Shown: positions 63,484 to 64,000 of the stretch, piece after piece
Layout of the letters: every line of letters starts with the position of its first letter
How positions within the stretch are numbered: the stretch's first letter is position 1
Origin: an uncultured virus (IMG/VR IMGVR_UViG_2687453592_000007)
Lineage: Duplodnaviria > Heunggongvirae > Uroviricota > Caudoviricetes
Reading direction: 5' to 3' (one strand)
Virus record (IMG/VR): IMGVR_UViG_2687453592_000007
DNA length: 64,000 nt
Made by a program: the position numbers and the translations under genes
Notes under the pieces: generated by a model
Seen by the model: the letters and a program-made list of their open reading frames with translations, nothing else
Databases searched by the model: none
Told to the model about the DNA's origin: nothing

Positions 63484-63682
63484 GGCCTGCCCTCCACTTT
63501 TCGAGCGGCGTCATGTCCGGCGTAGCGGTATCGCCCGCCGCCACGGCTGTAATCAGGAAGCGCTTTCCATCGTTGGTCTCCACAACGATGGAAACCTGAT
63601 CATAGCCCGCAGCCTTCGCAGCTTCAAAAGCGGGTGTCAGGTCGGATTTTCGGATTGCGGCGGGACGGCGCTCCATCGTCAT
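63470..63682 (-). CDS. Putative excisionase-like small protein (E3)
   Basis: RRPAAIRKSDLT..FEAAKAAG; overlaps int start. Confidence 0.55.
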   Translation of the reverse strand: MTMERRPAAIRKSDLTPAFEAAKAAGYDQVSIVVETNDGKRFLITAVAAGDTATPDMTPLEKWRAGRAAS

Positions 63683-63828
63683 GCCTCCCCCAAACCGAGC
63701 GCGATCACGGCTATCTTGCCCGTGCGCGGGTCGATCTCGCCCCAACCCATCGGGATTTCGGCGCCGCAGCAGGCTTTGAGCACGCGCGCCACGTCTGCTT
63801 GGGTGAAGCTGTTCGGTTTGCAGGCCAT
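63679..63828 (-). CDS. Second small xis-like protein
   Basis: FTQADVARVLKA..EIDPRTGKI; AAGGAG RBS; ATGA overlap. Confidence 0.45.
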   Translation of the reverse strand: MACKPNSFTQADVARVLKACCGAEIPMGWGEIDPRTGKIAVIALGLGEA

Positions 63829-64000
63829 GTGCAGTTCTCCTTGCTGCGTTTCTATGGCGGAGAGAGGGGAGCGCCGGTTGGAATGGGAGCGTTGGCGAGA
63901 GTTACGCCAGCGAGACCTTGTATTCGCTCCCGCCCCCGAGAGCCGCTTGGACATGGATACTATCGACTTTGGCCATCAGGCTTTGCCGCCTTCGAGCTCA

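Larger units (their letters stand above)
62313..64000. mobile_element. Third integrated element E3 (left end only)
   Basis: att repeat, arm-like direct repeats CCGTTTACAG x2 (62403-62424), integrase and small xis-like genes. Confidence 0.8.

Overview
High-GC alphaproteobacterial DNA (Rhodobacteraceae-like, inferred from GapR/DUF2312 and prophage gene style). The window is a tandem array of elements integrated at a tRNA-Cys(GCA) site. Identical 44-bp tRNA 3'-half repeats at 31625-31668 and 62313-62356 separate prophage E1 (1-31668), prophage E2 (31625-62356) and the start of a third element E3 (62313-64000); each has its own tyrosine integrase. E1 and E2 share near-identical replication, tail-tip, lysis, Dam-like methylase and HNH modules, but have different immunity regions, packaging systems and defence cargo. 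The main observation is that the two prophages carry almost complementary morphogenesis deletions. E1 has HK97-type packaging, head, neck and tail-tube genes but lacks tape measure, distal tail, hub and NlpC-like genes. E2 has exactly those four genes but lacks large terminase, head, neck and tube. This suggests a cooperative 'split' siphophage, with the caveat that the tail chaperones are incomplete in both. Cargo comprises an effector-less Lamassu/ABC-three-component operon plus a membrane gene and an AraC pair (E1), and an XRE-ASCH / PIN-GNAT-PUA / kinase / membrane operon, an NYN nuclease and a type I CBASS bracketed by two inverted ~185-bp MITE-like repeats (E2). A HigBA-like TA module sits in the E2 lysis cassette. 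Short inverted motifs bound the AT-rich cargo blocks and may mark an unrecognised cassette-acquisition mechanism. All family calls are from motif recognition by eye; no searches were run.
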